From positions 1-37,589 of the forward strand of contig JAFGQY010000110.1 in assembly GCA_016935395.1 (NCBI GenBank): DNA of 37,589 nt. The letters run 5' to 3'. A model generated the notes under the pieces. That model had not been told where the DNA came from. It ran no database searches and worked only from the letters and a program-made list of their open reading frames with translations. Every line of letters starts with the position of its first letter. Within the stretch, counting starts at the first letter, position 1. The DNA is from Parachlamydiales bacterium (lineage in GTDB: Bacteria; Chlamydiota; Chlamydiia; Chlamydiales; SM23-39). The position numbers were made by a program, and so were the translations under genes. Shown here one piece after another: positions 17,790 to 26,710 of this stretch.

Positions 17790-18866
17790 ATGAAAAAATT
17801 TTCTCTAACGTTAATTGCATTTTTCGCGATGACTTGTGTATTTGCTGATTCTTATAACAGCAATGATTCTTGTCCTCCAGAACCTTGTTGTGAGCCTTGT
17901 CCTCCAACACCATGCTGCGATGTTCCTCAAGCTCCTACTATGCCAGCATATAATGCGCCTGCGCGTTATAATGTTTGCGGAAGCTGGGATTTCTTCGTAA
18001 CAGGTACTTTTTTATGGTGGCAAGCTAAAGAACAAGGTCTAGAAATCGCTCTTATTGATGGAGCAACATCTACTGAAAAAGGCCAAATTGAAGACATGAA
18101 ATTCGATTATAAAGCTGCCTTTAAAGTTGGGTTGGGTTACAACACTAATTGTGATGATTGGACAACATATTTACAATATACAAGAATGAACATTACTCAA
18201 AATAAAACAGTTACCTCTTCAAATTTTAACTCAAACGTAGATTTTTGGGTTACAGCTTTAGGGGACATTCAAAGCGCAGCAGAAGCTCGCTGGGAATTGA
18301 ATCATAACGTGTTTGATTTTGAATTAGGTCGTCCTTATTACAGCGGTAAGGATTTAGTTTTCCAACCTTTCTTTGGTATCAGAGCTGGTTGGTCAGATCA
18401 AGAATACAGAGACATAGCAACTGCTGTTGATACAACTCAACAAGAAGTTAATGTTAAATCTGATTCTTGGTTAGTTGGACCTAGAGTAGGCGTTAATTCT
18501 AATTGGTACTTCATAGATGAGTTTGGACTTATTGGTAATGCTGCGTTAAGCGTATTTTATCAAAAATTCAACAAACTTACATTAAAAGAATTTGATGTTG
18601 CAACACCAAATACTTTTGATAAATATTATGAAGACTCTATACAAACTATTAATTCTAGCATTGAATTATTATTCGGCTTAGGTTATGGCACATATTTTGA
18701 TCATAACAACTGGCACTTTAATATCTTTGCTGGTTATGAAGCACAAATATATTTTAATCAAAATATGTTACGTTTCTACAATGAAATTACAGATGGCGCA
18801 CCTGTTGTTAAGCCAAATAACTTGATATTTCATGGTTTGAATGTAACTGCAAGATTTGATTTCTAA
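17790..18866 (+). CDS. MOMP-like / Lpg1974-family porin, paralog 6
   Basis: ATG at 17790 after CGGAG; arm with 6 Cys; YNAPARYNV; C-terminal FDF. Confidence 0.88.
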   Translation: MKKFSLTLIAFFAMTCVFADSYNSNDSCPPEPCCEPCPPTPCCDVPQAPTMPAYNAPARYNVCGSWDFFVTGTFLWWQAKEQGLEIALIDGATSTEKGQIEDMKFDYKAAFKVGLGYNTNCDDWTTYLQYTRMNITQNKTVTSSNFNSNVDFWVTALGDIQSAAEARWELNHNVFDFELGRPYYSGKDLVFQPFFGIRAGWSDQEYRDIATAVDTTQQEVNVKSDSWLVGPRVGVNSNWYFIDEFGLIGNAALSVFYQKFNKLTLKEFDVATPNTFDKYYEDSIQTINSSIELLFGLGYGTYFDHNNWHFNIFAGYEAQIYFNQNMLRFYNEITDGAPVVKPNNLIFHGLNVTARFDF

Positions 18867-18889
18867 TTAAATCTTATTTAACAATCTTT

Positions 18890-18929
18890 AAGAGCTGAAA
18901 AGGATCGATACTTTTCAGCTCTTTTTTTT
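18890..18929 (+). terminator. Rho-independent terminator after paralog 6
   Basis: AAGAGCTGAAAAG / CTTTTCAGCTCTT stem plus T-tract. Confidence 0.88.
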
Positions 18930-18943
18930 ATAAAAAAATATTT

Positions 18944-18973
18944 TTGTTATTTAATTACTATTCTAAGTATTAT
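18944..18973 (+). promoter_or_regulatory. Putative sigma66/70 promoter for paralogs 7-9
   Basis: TTGTTA-N18-TATTAT. Confidence 0.35.
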
Positions 18974-19015
18974 TTAAATATACCAAAAAAAAATAATTAA
19001 AAATTGGAGAAAATC

Positions 19016-20110
19016 GTGATAAAATATAAGAAAATATTTTTCATTCTAGCTCTAACAGCAGGAGTTAGTTCTTTTGCAAATGTAAGCAAAAACAACAATA
19101 GATGTGCTGAAAGTGGTTTCTCTCAAGGGTATGAAACCTCAAAAGCTCAAATGAGAAACGGATATAATACACCTGCAAGAATCAACGTTGAAGGATCTTG
19201 GGATTTTTTCGTTACTGGAAGTTTTATATACTTTCAGCCCCAAGAAAGAGGCCTTGAACTTGGCACTGTCAGATCAGGAAATCAAGAAAAATTAAACACA
19301 ACGCCCGGCGAGTTAATAAATGCAAAACTTGAATATAAATCAGGCTTCAAAGTTGCATTGGGATACAATTTTGATCATGATGACTGGACCGGTCTTATCA
19401 AATATATGTGGTTTCATCCTACAATAAATACAAAAAAAACAGATGTTGCTAACGAAATTTTTATCTCTGAATGGAGGCCATCAAGATTAAATCCTGCTTC
19501 CCCGATAATCTCAACAAATAGCAAATGGGAATTGGATCTTGACATATTAGACTTTGAACTAGGACGATATAACTACACAGGCAGATATTTAATTTTTATG
19601 CCTTATTCTGGATTAAGAGGCGGATGGATCGATCAAAAATATGTTTCAATAGTGACAACTCGTACAAATATTGATTTTCCTACAACTTCTAAGTCTGATT
19701 CATGGATAATTGGACCTAGAGTTGGAATTGATACTAAATGGCTACTTGGAAGTGGTTTCCGTTTTTTTGGTGATATATCAACAAGCTTATTCTATCAAAG
19801 ATATAGCAAGGTAAAATTTATTCAATCTAGCAATACTAATCCATCAATTCCCTCTATAAACATCAAAGATAAAAACAATTTCATAAATCCTAACTTAGAT
19901 TTAACTTTAGGATTTGGTTTCGGTTCTTATTTCAATGAAAATAATTGGAATTTTGATCTTTTAGTTGGCTATGAATTTCATATGTTTTGGAATCAAAATA
20001 TAATGAACCAACTAAAAGCTAGAACTGATCTTACTAATGATGCTGAAGCCATAAAACCTGCCAACCTAATGCTTCATGGTTTAATAGCTAGCATTAGTTT
20101 TGATTTTTAA
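19016..20110 (+). CDS. MOMP-like / Lpg1974-family porin, paralog 7
   Basis: Likely GTG start at 19016 after GGAG; YNTPARINV; shared motifs; C-terminal FDF. Confidence 0.88.
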   Translation: MIKYKKIFFILALTAGVSSFANVSKNNNRCAESGFSQGYETSKAQMRNGYNTPARINVEGSWDFFVTGSFIYFQPQERGLELGTVRSGNQEKLNTTPGELINAKLEYKSGFKVALGYNFDHDDWTGLIKYMWFHPTINTKKTDVANEIFISEWRPSRLNPASPIISTNSKWELDLDILDFELGRYNYTGRYLIFMPYSGLRGGWIDQKYVSIVTTRTNIDFPTTSKSDSWIIGPRVGIDTKWLLGSGFRFFGDISTSLFYQRYSKVKFIQSSNTNPSIPSINIKDKNNFINPNLDLTLGFGFGSYFNENNWNFDLLVGYEFHMFWNQNIMNQLKARTDLTNDAEAIKPANLMLHGLIASISFDF

Positions 20111-20131
20111 TAATAAAAATGGAGTAAAAAA

Positions 20132-21193
20132 ATGAAATTTAAAAAAATAATTTTTTCAATGATTGGTGTTTTTTCGATAGTGAGTATTTCTGCTCAAAAT
20201 CAAAAAAAAACCGTAGATCAAAAATGCACCTCTAAAAAGATAATAGAGATGGGTTATCCCTTAGAAAAAAATCAGAGCAAAAATATTTATAATGCACCAG
20301 CAAGCATCGATGTTTGTGGCTCTTGGGACGTATTTGTATCAGGAAGTTTTATATTGTGGCAGGCAAAAGAAAACTGTCTTCAATTAGGTAAATTTACCCC
20401 AACTATTGCATCTGATCAAGTTTCTACAGTAAATATGGATTTTGATTTTGCACCGGGATTTAAGGTCGGTTTGGGTTTTAATACAGGATTTGATGGTTGG
20501 AATACCTATTTAGAATACGTTAGACTACAATCAACATCAAAAGAAGATTATAACTCCTTGCCAGAAGGTGTTGCTCACATCAACAGCCCCTGGATACCTA
20601 TCCCCTTAACAAACATTCAGGGAAAGTGGAAGATAGAGTACAATATGGCAGATTTCGAACTTTCAAGACCATATTATAATGGCACAAAGCTTACTATAAA
20701 CCCTCTTTTTGGTTTCCGAGGAGGCGCAATAGATCAAAAGTTTGAGGTTTCTACAAACGGAGCTCTTGGCAGATCAACATCGAATTTCAAAAATGATTCT
20801 TGGTTAATTGGAGGAAGAGCTGGAATATATTCTAATTATTTATTAGGTTATGGCGTTAAAATTGTTAGTAAAGTTGCAACAAGCCTAAACTATCAACGCT
20901 TCAAAACAAGCATTCTGTTTATAAACGCAAACGATCCATCATTAATTACTAAAATTTTGGAAGATAAAATTGGACTTTTCTCTCCAAATTTAGATTTAAA
21001 TATAGGATTTGGATGGGGAACTTATTTTGATCATAATAATTGGCATTTCAATCTTTTGGCATTGTATGATGCGGTTTTTTGGTGGAATCAAAACGAAATA
21101 GAAAACTTAAGAAGTACAAATAATTTGTCAGATGGAGAACCGAGCAGTTTATTTTTACATGGCTTAACAGTAACAATAAAATTTGATTTTTAA
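20132..21193 (+). CDS. MOMP-like / Lpg1974-family porin, paralog 8
   Basis: Signal peptide; YNAPASIDV; PGFKVGLG; C-terminal FDF. Confidence 0.88.
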   Translation: MKFKKIIFSMIGVFSIVSISAQNQKKTVDQKCTSKKIIEMGYPLEKNQSKNIYNAPASIDVCGSWDVFVSGSFILWQAKENCLQLGKFTPTIASDQVSTVNMDFDFAPGFKVGLGFNTGFDGWNTYLEYVRLQSTSKEDYNSLPEGVAHINSPWIPIPLTNIQGKWKIEYNMADFELSRPYYNGTKLTINPLFGFRGGAIDQKFEVSTNGALGRSTSNFKNDSWLIGGRAGIYSNYLLGYGVKIVSKVATSLNYQRFKTSILFINANDPSLITKILEDKIGLFSPNLDLNIGFGWGTYFDHNNWHFNLLALYDAVFWWNQNEIENLRSTNNLSDGEPSSLFLHGLTVTIKFDF

Positions 21194-21267
21194 ATAAAAA
21201 AAAAAGTATATTGCTATGCTTTACAATAAATAAATATAAAGCATTGTAAAATGGAGTAAAAAAAAAC

Positions 21268-22350
21268 ATGAGAATAAAAAAAATATATTTTTTGTTATCA
21301 ATGTTATTGTCTTTTTTTGCTTTTGCAGATCAAGGTGATGATGATTTAGTAACATATAACGCTATGTACAAAAAACAGACCCATAGATACGACCAGGGTG
21401 AAGTTGTCGGAAAAAATAATATGACTGACGGGTATAATTCTCCTGCTAGAATAGATACTACTGGTTGGGATATATATATCAATTCAAGCTTTGTATATTG
21501 GCAATCAAGACAAAGGGGACTTCGTTTTGCTGCAACAGCGGGATATGAGCTCATTCCTTATGTTACTAAAAATTTAAATTATGAATTTGGACCTGGTTTT
21601 AAAGTATCATTAGGAATGGGAACAGGATTGGATCAATGGACAATAGGAATTGATTATTTACGTTATCACACAACTGTAAAAGATTCCAAAAGTCCAAGTT
21701 TAGATCCAAGTATAATTCCATTAATACCTTTTTGGAGAACTCAATCAGTTAATGCATCTAAAATTGATTTTAAATGGAAATTAAACTTAGACATTTTAGA
21801 TTTAAAAGTTGGACGTCCTTTTTATGAAGGGACACATTTAATAGCACGCCCTTATTTAGGTCTTAGAGGGGGATGGATATATCAAAGAGTATTTTCTAAT
21901 ACTACTACCTTTTCAACTTTATTGCTTTTAGAAGATAGAGCAAAATCTGATTCTTGGATTATAGGCCCTAGAGCAGGGGTAGATGCTGATTGGATTTTTG
22001 GTGGTGGTTTTAGTTTCTTTACATCATTAGCAGCTTGTATTTTCTATCAAGATTTTGATGCAACATATTTAGAGGTTAACCATACTAATCCTGAAAATTT
22101 AGTCCTAAATATAAAAAACAATGCAAAATATGTCTCTTCAAATCTTGATATTTTAGCCGGATTTAAGTGGGGAATGTATAATAGAAGTAAATCTTTTCAT
22201 TTTTCAATTCTTGCAGCATATGAACTGCAAAACTATTGGGCCCAAAATGAAATGAGACATTTAAAGGACATTTCAGAAACGGTCAATGAAAAAACACCTG
22301 GAAGTTTATTTTTGCAAGGACTAACAGCAAGCATAAATTTAGATTTTTAA
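21268..22350 (+). CDS. MOMP-like / Lpg1974-family porin, paralog 9
   Basis: Signal peptide; YNSPARID; SWIIGPRAG; C-terminal LDF. Confidence 0.88.
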   Translation: MRIKKIYFLLSMLLSFFAFADQGDDDLVTYNAMYKKQTHRYDQGEVVGKNNMTDGYNSPARIDTTGWDIYINSSFVYWQSRQRGLRFAATAGYELIPYVTKNLNYEFGPGFKVSLGMGTGLDQWTIGIDYLRYHTTVKDSKSPSLDPSIIPLIPFWRTQSVNASKIDFKWKLNLDILDLKVGRPFYEGTHLIARPYLGLRGGWIYQRVFSNTTTFSTLLLLEDRAKSDSWIIGPRAGVDADWIFGGGFSFFTSLAACIFYQDFDATYLEVNHTNPENLVLNIKNNAKYVSSNLDILAGFKWGMYNRSKSFHFSILAAYELQNYWAQNEMRHLKDISETVNEKTPGSLFLQGLTASINLDF

Positions 22351-22370
22351 GATAAAATTAAATCTTTTTC

Positions 22371-22407
22371 AAAAAACCCTAAAAGAAAAAAACTTTTAGG
22401 GTTTTTT
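22371..22407 (+). terminator. Rho-independent terminator after paralog 9
   Basis: AAAAAACCCTAAAAG / CTTTTAGGGTTTTTT stem. Confidence 0.85.
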
Positions 22408-22413
22408 ATTTTT

Positions 22414-22442
22414 TTGCTAAAAACATCTTTATTATTTATTCT
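22414..22442 (+). promoter_or_regulatory. Putative sigma66/70 promoter for paralogs 10-12
   Basis: TTGCTA-N17-TATTCT. Confidence 0.4.
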
Positions 22443-22474
22443 ATTAATTAATTAATTTTCTTTAGGTACTAAAT

Positions 22475-23518
22475 ATGAATTTTCCAAAAATTTTAGCAGT
22501 TTTTTCATTATTCTTTTTAATTGAAGGATTTTCAAATATTCAAGAACCTAAAATAATTGACCCAATCTTAGGCTACAACAAAAGTGCATTTATCAACGTA
22601 CAAAAACCTTTTGGTCTTTATACCGAAGCCACTTTCCTTTACCTTCAGCCGACGGAAAAGTCTTTAGAGCTTGGATTTGAATTGCCCCAAGACGATTTAA
22701 TTAACAACACAAAAGGTCAAGTCATAAACATGAAGTTTGAATATAAACCCGGGTTTAAAGTTGGACTGGGTCTACATACTCTTCATGATGGATGGGACGG
22801 CTTATTTGAATATACCTATCTTCATATGAAAGAAACGACAAATCATAAAAAGTCAAGTTCAGCAAAAGCGATTATTCCTATTTTCAGACCATCAAGAACT
22901 CCAAATTTCAGTTCAATTTTAGAAATAAAAAACAGCTGGAAGCTAAATTTTGATCTTTTTGATTTTCTGTTATCAAAACCTTTTTTTTCTGGAAAAAAAC
23001 TTATTGTAAGTCCATTTTTTGGAATTAGATCAGGATGGATAAATCAAAATTTCAGATATGAAACTTTTACAGATTTAGCGCTTTCATTAAACAACATGAA
23101 ATCAACTTCTTGGCTTATAGGACCAAGACTTGGTCAAAATTCTAAATGGATGATTGAAAAATATTTCAAATTCTTCGCAAATACCTCTATTAGCTTGACA
23201 TTTCAACAATTTAAAACAATAAAACTTCAAGAAGAAAATGGAAATACACCTGATATTTTATCTCACAGTGCAATAAACAGAAAAACCAACTTGATTAGTC
23301 CTATTTTTGATATGGTTTTAGGGGTGGGCTTTGAAAATTTCATAGCATCAAATAAGTATCACTATGATCTTAAGTTTGGTTATTTGCTTTTATATCTTTT
23401 TAATCAAAATATGATATCAAACCTTAAAACCAGATTAGATGTAGATGTTAGAACTTCAACAAAACCCGCTAATTTACTGCTTCAGGGGCTGGATTTTTCT
23501 TTTAGATTAGATTTTTAA
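22475..23518 (+). CDS. MOMP-like / Lpg1974-family porin, paralog 10
   Basis: Signal peptide; PGFKVGLG; SWLIGPRLG; PANLLLQGL; C-terminal LDF. Confidence 0.86.
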   Translation: MNFPKILAVFSLFFLIEGFSNIQEPKIIDPILGYNKSAFINVQKPFGLYTEATFLYLQPTEKSLELGFELPQDDLINNTKGQVINMKFEYKPGFKVGLGLHTLHDGWDGLFEYTYLHMKETTNHKKSSSAKAIIPIFRPSRTPNFSSILEIKNSWKLNFDLFDFLLSKPFFSGKKLIVSPFFGIRSGWINQNFRYETFTDLALSLNNMKSTSWLIGPRLGQNSKWMIEKYFKFFANTSISLTFQQFKTIKLQEENGNTPDILSHSAINRKTNLISPIFDMVLGVGFENFIASNKYHYDLKFGYLLLYLFNQNMISNLKTRLDVDVRTSTKPANLLLQGLDFSFRLDF

Positions 23519-23534
23519 AAAATAGGAAATTTTG

Positions 23535-24578
23535 ATGAAAAATAAAAAAACAATATTAGTGTTAATTTTAGCCTTACCTTTACTTCTTTTTTCTAATGAT
23601 TTTTGTGAAAACGATACCGAATCGTTCAAAAAACATGACCCTCAAAAAGATAGATTAGAAAAGATCTACAACATCTCCTATTTTGAAAAGAATCTTCCTG
23701 AAGTGGATTACTCGGTAAGCGGATCTGTCATTTTATGGCAGCCAATTGAGGGTGGGTTAGAACTAGGCATTTTTAGGCCTAGCGATCAAAACAGTGATTG
23801 GCCTTCAATTAATATGGATTTTGATTATAGACCCGGATTTAAAGTTGCTCTTGGCTGTCATTTTAAAAATAGTTATTTAGAGGCTTTTCTTGAATACACC
23901 TTTTTTCATATGCAATCTTCAAAAGAGTCAAGACAAAAAGGAGCTATGCAAAGCATAATAACTCCTTGGTATAACGAAACTGAAATTCCCTCTTTAGTTT
24001 TAAAAGCTAAATGGAGATTGAAATATGACATTTTAGATTTTAAACTTTTGAGAAAGTCTTACACAGGAAAAAAACTAGTTTTAAGTCCTTTATTCGGAGT
24101 AAGGGGAGGATTTTTAAGACAAAAATATGATCTTTTTACCACATTAGATTATGGAAAGATAAACTCTTTTAACAATGTTAGATCTTTTTTAGTAGGACCC
24201 AAAACCGGAGTCGAAACAAATTGGATATTAAATCATGGAGTTGACATATTAGTTAACTTCTCAGGTTCTCTATTATTTCAAAATTTTACTACCAAAAGAC
24301 AGGTTGATAACTTTTCTGATCCTCAAAGCCTAGATATTAACATTAAGACAAAATCAAAAAATTTTAATCCAAATCTAGAAGTATTGTTCGCAATAAACTA
24401 TCAAAATTTCAATGAAACAAAAAACAGTTATTTAAATTTTTTAGCGGGATATGAATTCCAATATTTTTTTAATCAAAATATTTTCCAAAATGTTCAGGCT
24501 ATAGAAAATAGAGCCGATGACAATCCAAATGATCTGATGATGCATGGATTAACTATTAAATTTAGATATGATTATTAA
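23535..24578 (+). CDS. MOMP-like / Lpg1974-family porin, paralog 11
   Basis: Signal peptide; PGFKVALG; GYEFQYFFNQN; PNDLMMHGL; C-terminal YDY. Confidence 0.86.
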   Translation: MKNKKTILVLILALPLLLFSNDFCENDTESFKKHDPQKDRLEKIYNISYFEKNLPEVDYSVSGSVILWQPIEGGLELGIFRPSDQNSDWPSINMDFDYRPGFKVALGCHFKNSYLEAFLEYTFFHMQSSKESRQKGAMQSIITPWYNETEIPSLVLKAKWRLKYDILDFKLLRKSYTGKKLVLSPLFGVRGGFLRQKYDLFTTLDYGKINSFNNVRSFLVGPKTGVETNWILNHGVDILVNFSGSLLFQNFTTKRQVDNFSDPQSLDINIKTKSKNFNPNLEVLFAINYQNFNETKNSYLNFLAGYEFQYFFNQNIFQNVQAIENRADDNPNDLMMHGLTIKFRYDY

Positions 24579-24593
24579 AGGAGCTAAAAAGCA

Positions 24594-25604
24594 ATGAAAT
24601 TTAAAAATTTTTTATTTTTTATAATATTAACAACAGCTTCTTGTGCTTATGCATTTAATAGTAGCTCTAACAATTTTGAAAAGGAAAATTTTAACTTTGG
24701 ATATAACCCTTCATCTAACATCAACCCTGATTTTTTTACATCAGCAAGTTACATATTTTTTGCAGCAAAAGAAAAAGGACAAAGCTTTGCCTTTATAAAT
24801 TATTCAACCGATAGGGCAGATGAAATCAAAGAATTTAAATTTGATTATATCAGCGGATTTAAAGTTGAACTTGGAAAAAATTTAAATTATGACAGCTTTT
24901 CTTTAGTAGCAAAATATATGTTTTATCATCCCACCTACAAAGAAAATGAAACTGTTAAATACAATTCAATTCTATCAGATTTGTGGCACACAACTACTCT
25001 TAATTCAAAAAGTATTCATGCAAAATGGATACTTGATATGGACCTTGGAGATATAATTTTAAGGCGTTTATATCAAAATAGCGAAAAGTTGTCCTTGGGT
25101 TATTTTTTTGGTCTTTTCGGTGGCAGAATCAATCAAAAAGAGGAAACAAAAACAGAACAGTTAACCTCAAATAATCTCATCTTTGCGAAAGCTAAATCTA
25201 ATTCATTGCTTATTGGACCTGAAATTGGAATAGATGTAAAATGGCAGCTTACTAAAAAGTTTAGTTTTATAAGTAACTCTTCAAGTGCTTTGTTTTTCCA
25301 GTCGTTCAAAGTTTTTTATGAAGAAGAAAATCCATCTCCTCCACCTTTTCAATTGCAAAAACATGAAGAGAACAGAGTAAATTATTTCAACCCGAAAATA
25401 GATCTATTATTTGGATTTAAATGGGAAAACCATTTTTCAAATAACAACAGATATTCATCTATTTTTTTAGGATATGAATTAGATTACTACTTTAATCAAA
25501 ACATGATGAGACATTTAAAAGATTTACTAGAATCGCTCGATTCTAAATCACCGGGTGATCTTGTTTTAAACGGGGCCGTACTAACTCTTCAAATTGGGTT
25601 TTAA
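24594..25604 (+). CDS. MOMP-like / Lpg1974-family porin, paralog 12
   Basis: Signal peptide; SGFKVELG; GYELDYYFNQNMMR; PGDLVLNG; C-terminal F. Confidence 0.85.
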   Translation: MKFKNFLFFIILTTASCAYAFNSSSNNFEKENFNFGYNPSSNINPDFFTSASYIFFAAKEKGQSFAFINYSTDRADEIKEFKFDYISGFKVELGKNLNYDSFSLVAKYMFYHPTYKENETVKYNSILSDLWHTTTLNSKSIHAKWILDMDLGDIILRRLYQNSEKLSLGYFFGLFGGRINQKEETKTEQLTSNNLIFAKAKSNSLLIGPEIGIDVKWQLTKKFSFISNSSSALFFQSFKVFYEEENPSPPPFQLQKHEENRVNYFNPKIDLLFGFKWENHFSNNNRYSSIFLGYELDYYFNQNMMRHLKDLLESLDSKSPGDLVLNGAVLTLQIGF

Positions 25605-25605
25605 T

Positions 25606-26583
25606 TTATTTGTGAATCAGAGCATATTGAGCCGCTCCTAATAAAGCGGCCTTATCATTAAGTATTACTTTTACCGGAATTTTTCTCATAAAATCTGAAA
25701 ACCTTCCTTTTTCTGAAAAAGCTCTCATAAAATGCTCTTCTTTAATTTTTTCTAACATTTTTGGAGCAATACCGCCTCCAATATAAACCCCGCCTAAAGC
25801 AAAAAATTTCAATGCCGCATTTCCTGCCTCAGCTCCATAAATTGAGATAAATAAATCAACAGCAACTTCACAAACTTTAATTTCTTTTTTCATTCCTTTT
25901 TGAGTTATCAAAACTTGAGGCTGTCTAACACTAGCAAGAGAGTGATCAAAAGAACTAACTCTTTGTTCGTACCCTCTATCGATTAAAAATTTATAAATTG
26001 AATACAAACCTGGTCCGGATAAAATTCTTTCATAAGAAACGTGTCCAAATTCTTCTCTCAAATATTTTAAAAGTTCTATCTCAATATCATTTCTAGGTCC
26101 AAAATCCGTATGTCCACCTTCGCAGGCAAATGGTCTATATTTTTTTCCATCAAAGTAAAGGCCAGCCTCTCCAAGTCCTGTTCCTGCAGCAACAAGGCAT
26201 CTATTGCCTAAAACATTTTTCTCGCCTTCATTTATGGTATAAAATTCATCTTCATTTAAAACTTCTATTCCATATGCATTCGCTTCTAAATCATTTAACA
26301 AATAAACATTTTCACAATTTAGCTCTTCTTTTAACTCGCTTACATCCACCATCCACGGTATATTAGTAGCTTTACATCTTCCTTCCTTCACAGGTCCGGC
26401 AATTCCAAAACTTGCAGCTTTGAGGTCAATTTTTTCATTTTCTAAAAAGTGTTTTATTGCAGAGTGAATTGAATCATAATTAGTACTCAAAAATCTATCT
26501 TCCTTTAATAATTTCAAAGGCCATTTGTATTCAAACAAAGCAAAGCGTGAATTAGTACCTCCAATATCTCCAACTAGTAACAT
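25606..26583 (-). CDS. glk: Glucokinase (E. coli Glk family)
   Basis: GDIGGTNSR, GIAGPV, NDLEA, GTGLGE, EGGHTDF, GGGIAPK motifs. Confidence 0.95.
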   Translation of the reverse strand: MLLVGDIGGTNSRFALFEYKWPLKLLKEDRFLSTNYDSIHSAIKHFLENEKIDLKAASFGIAGPVKEGRCKATNIPWMVDVSELKEELNCENVYLLNDLEANAYGIEVLNEDEFYTINEGEKNVLGNRCLVAAGTGLGEAGLYFDGKKYRPFACEGGHTDFGPRNDIEIELLKYLREEFGHVSYERILSGPGLYSIYKFLIDRGYEQRVSSFDHSLASVRQPQVLITQKGMKKEIKVCEVAVDLFISIYGAEAGNAALKFFALGGVYIGGGIAPKMLEKIKEEHFMRAFSEKGRFSDFMRKIPVKVILNDKAALLGAAQYALIHK

Positions 26584-26710
26584 TTTTTTATACTCCGGTG
26601 TTATTATTTGTATTGAATCAGATATTTATTTATTTTTCCTTATTTTTCTTCTTGACGAGAAGCTCTTTTCATATCAATCTATATATTAGTTTTCATAATA
26701 AGGAGTTTCT

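Noticed and set aside
13983-21205. Poly-A tracts (A8-A10) in array promoter regions as phase-variation switches
   Set aside because: Similar tracts occur throughout this AT-rich window; unsupported without read-level length variation.
12746-22407. Intergenic hairpins as integron attC sites, CRISPR repeats or invertase sites
   Set aside because: They are short stems with T-tracts directly after stop codons, i.e. terminators. There is no integrase, recombinase or cas gene and no repeat-spacer periodicity.
11582-25604. Diversity-generating retroelement or silent-cassette antigenic variation
   Set aside because: No reverse transcriptase; differences between near-identical segments are not adenine-specific; every copy has its own start and signal peptide, so none is a truncated silent cassette.
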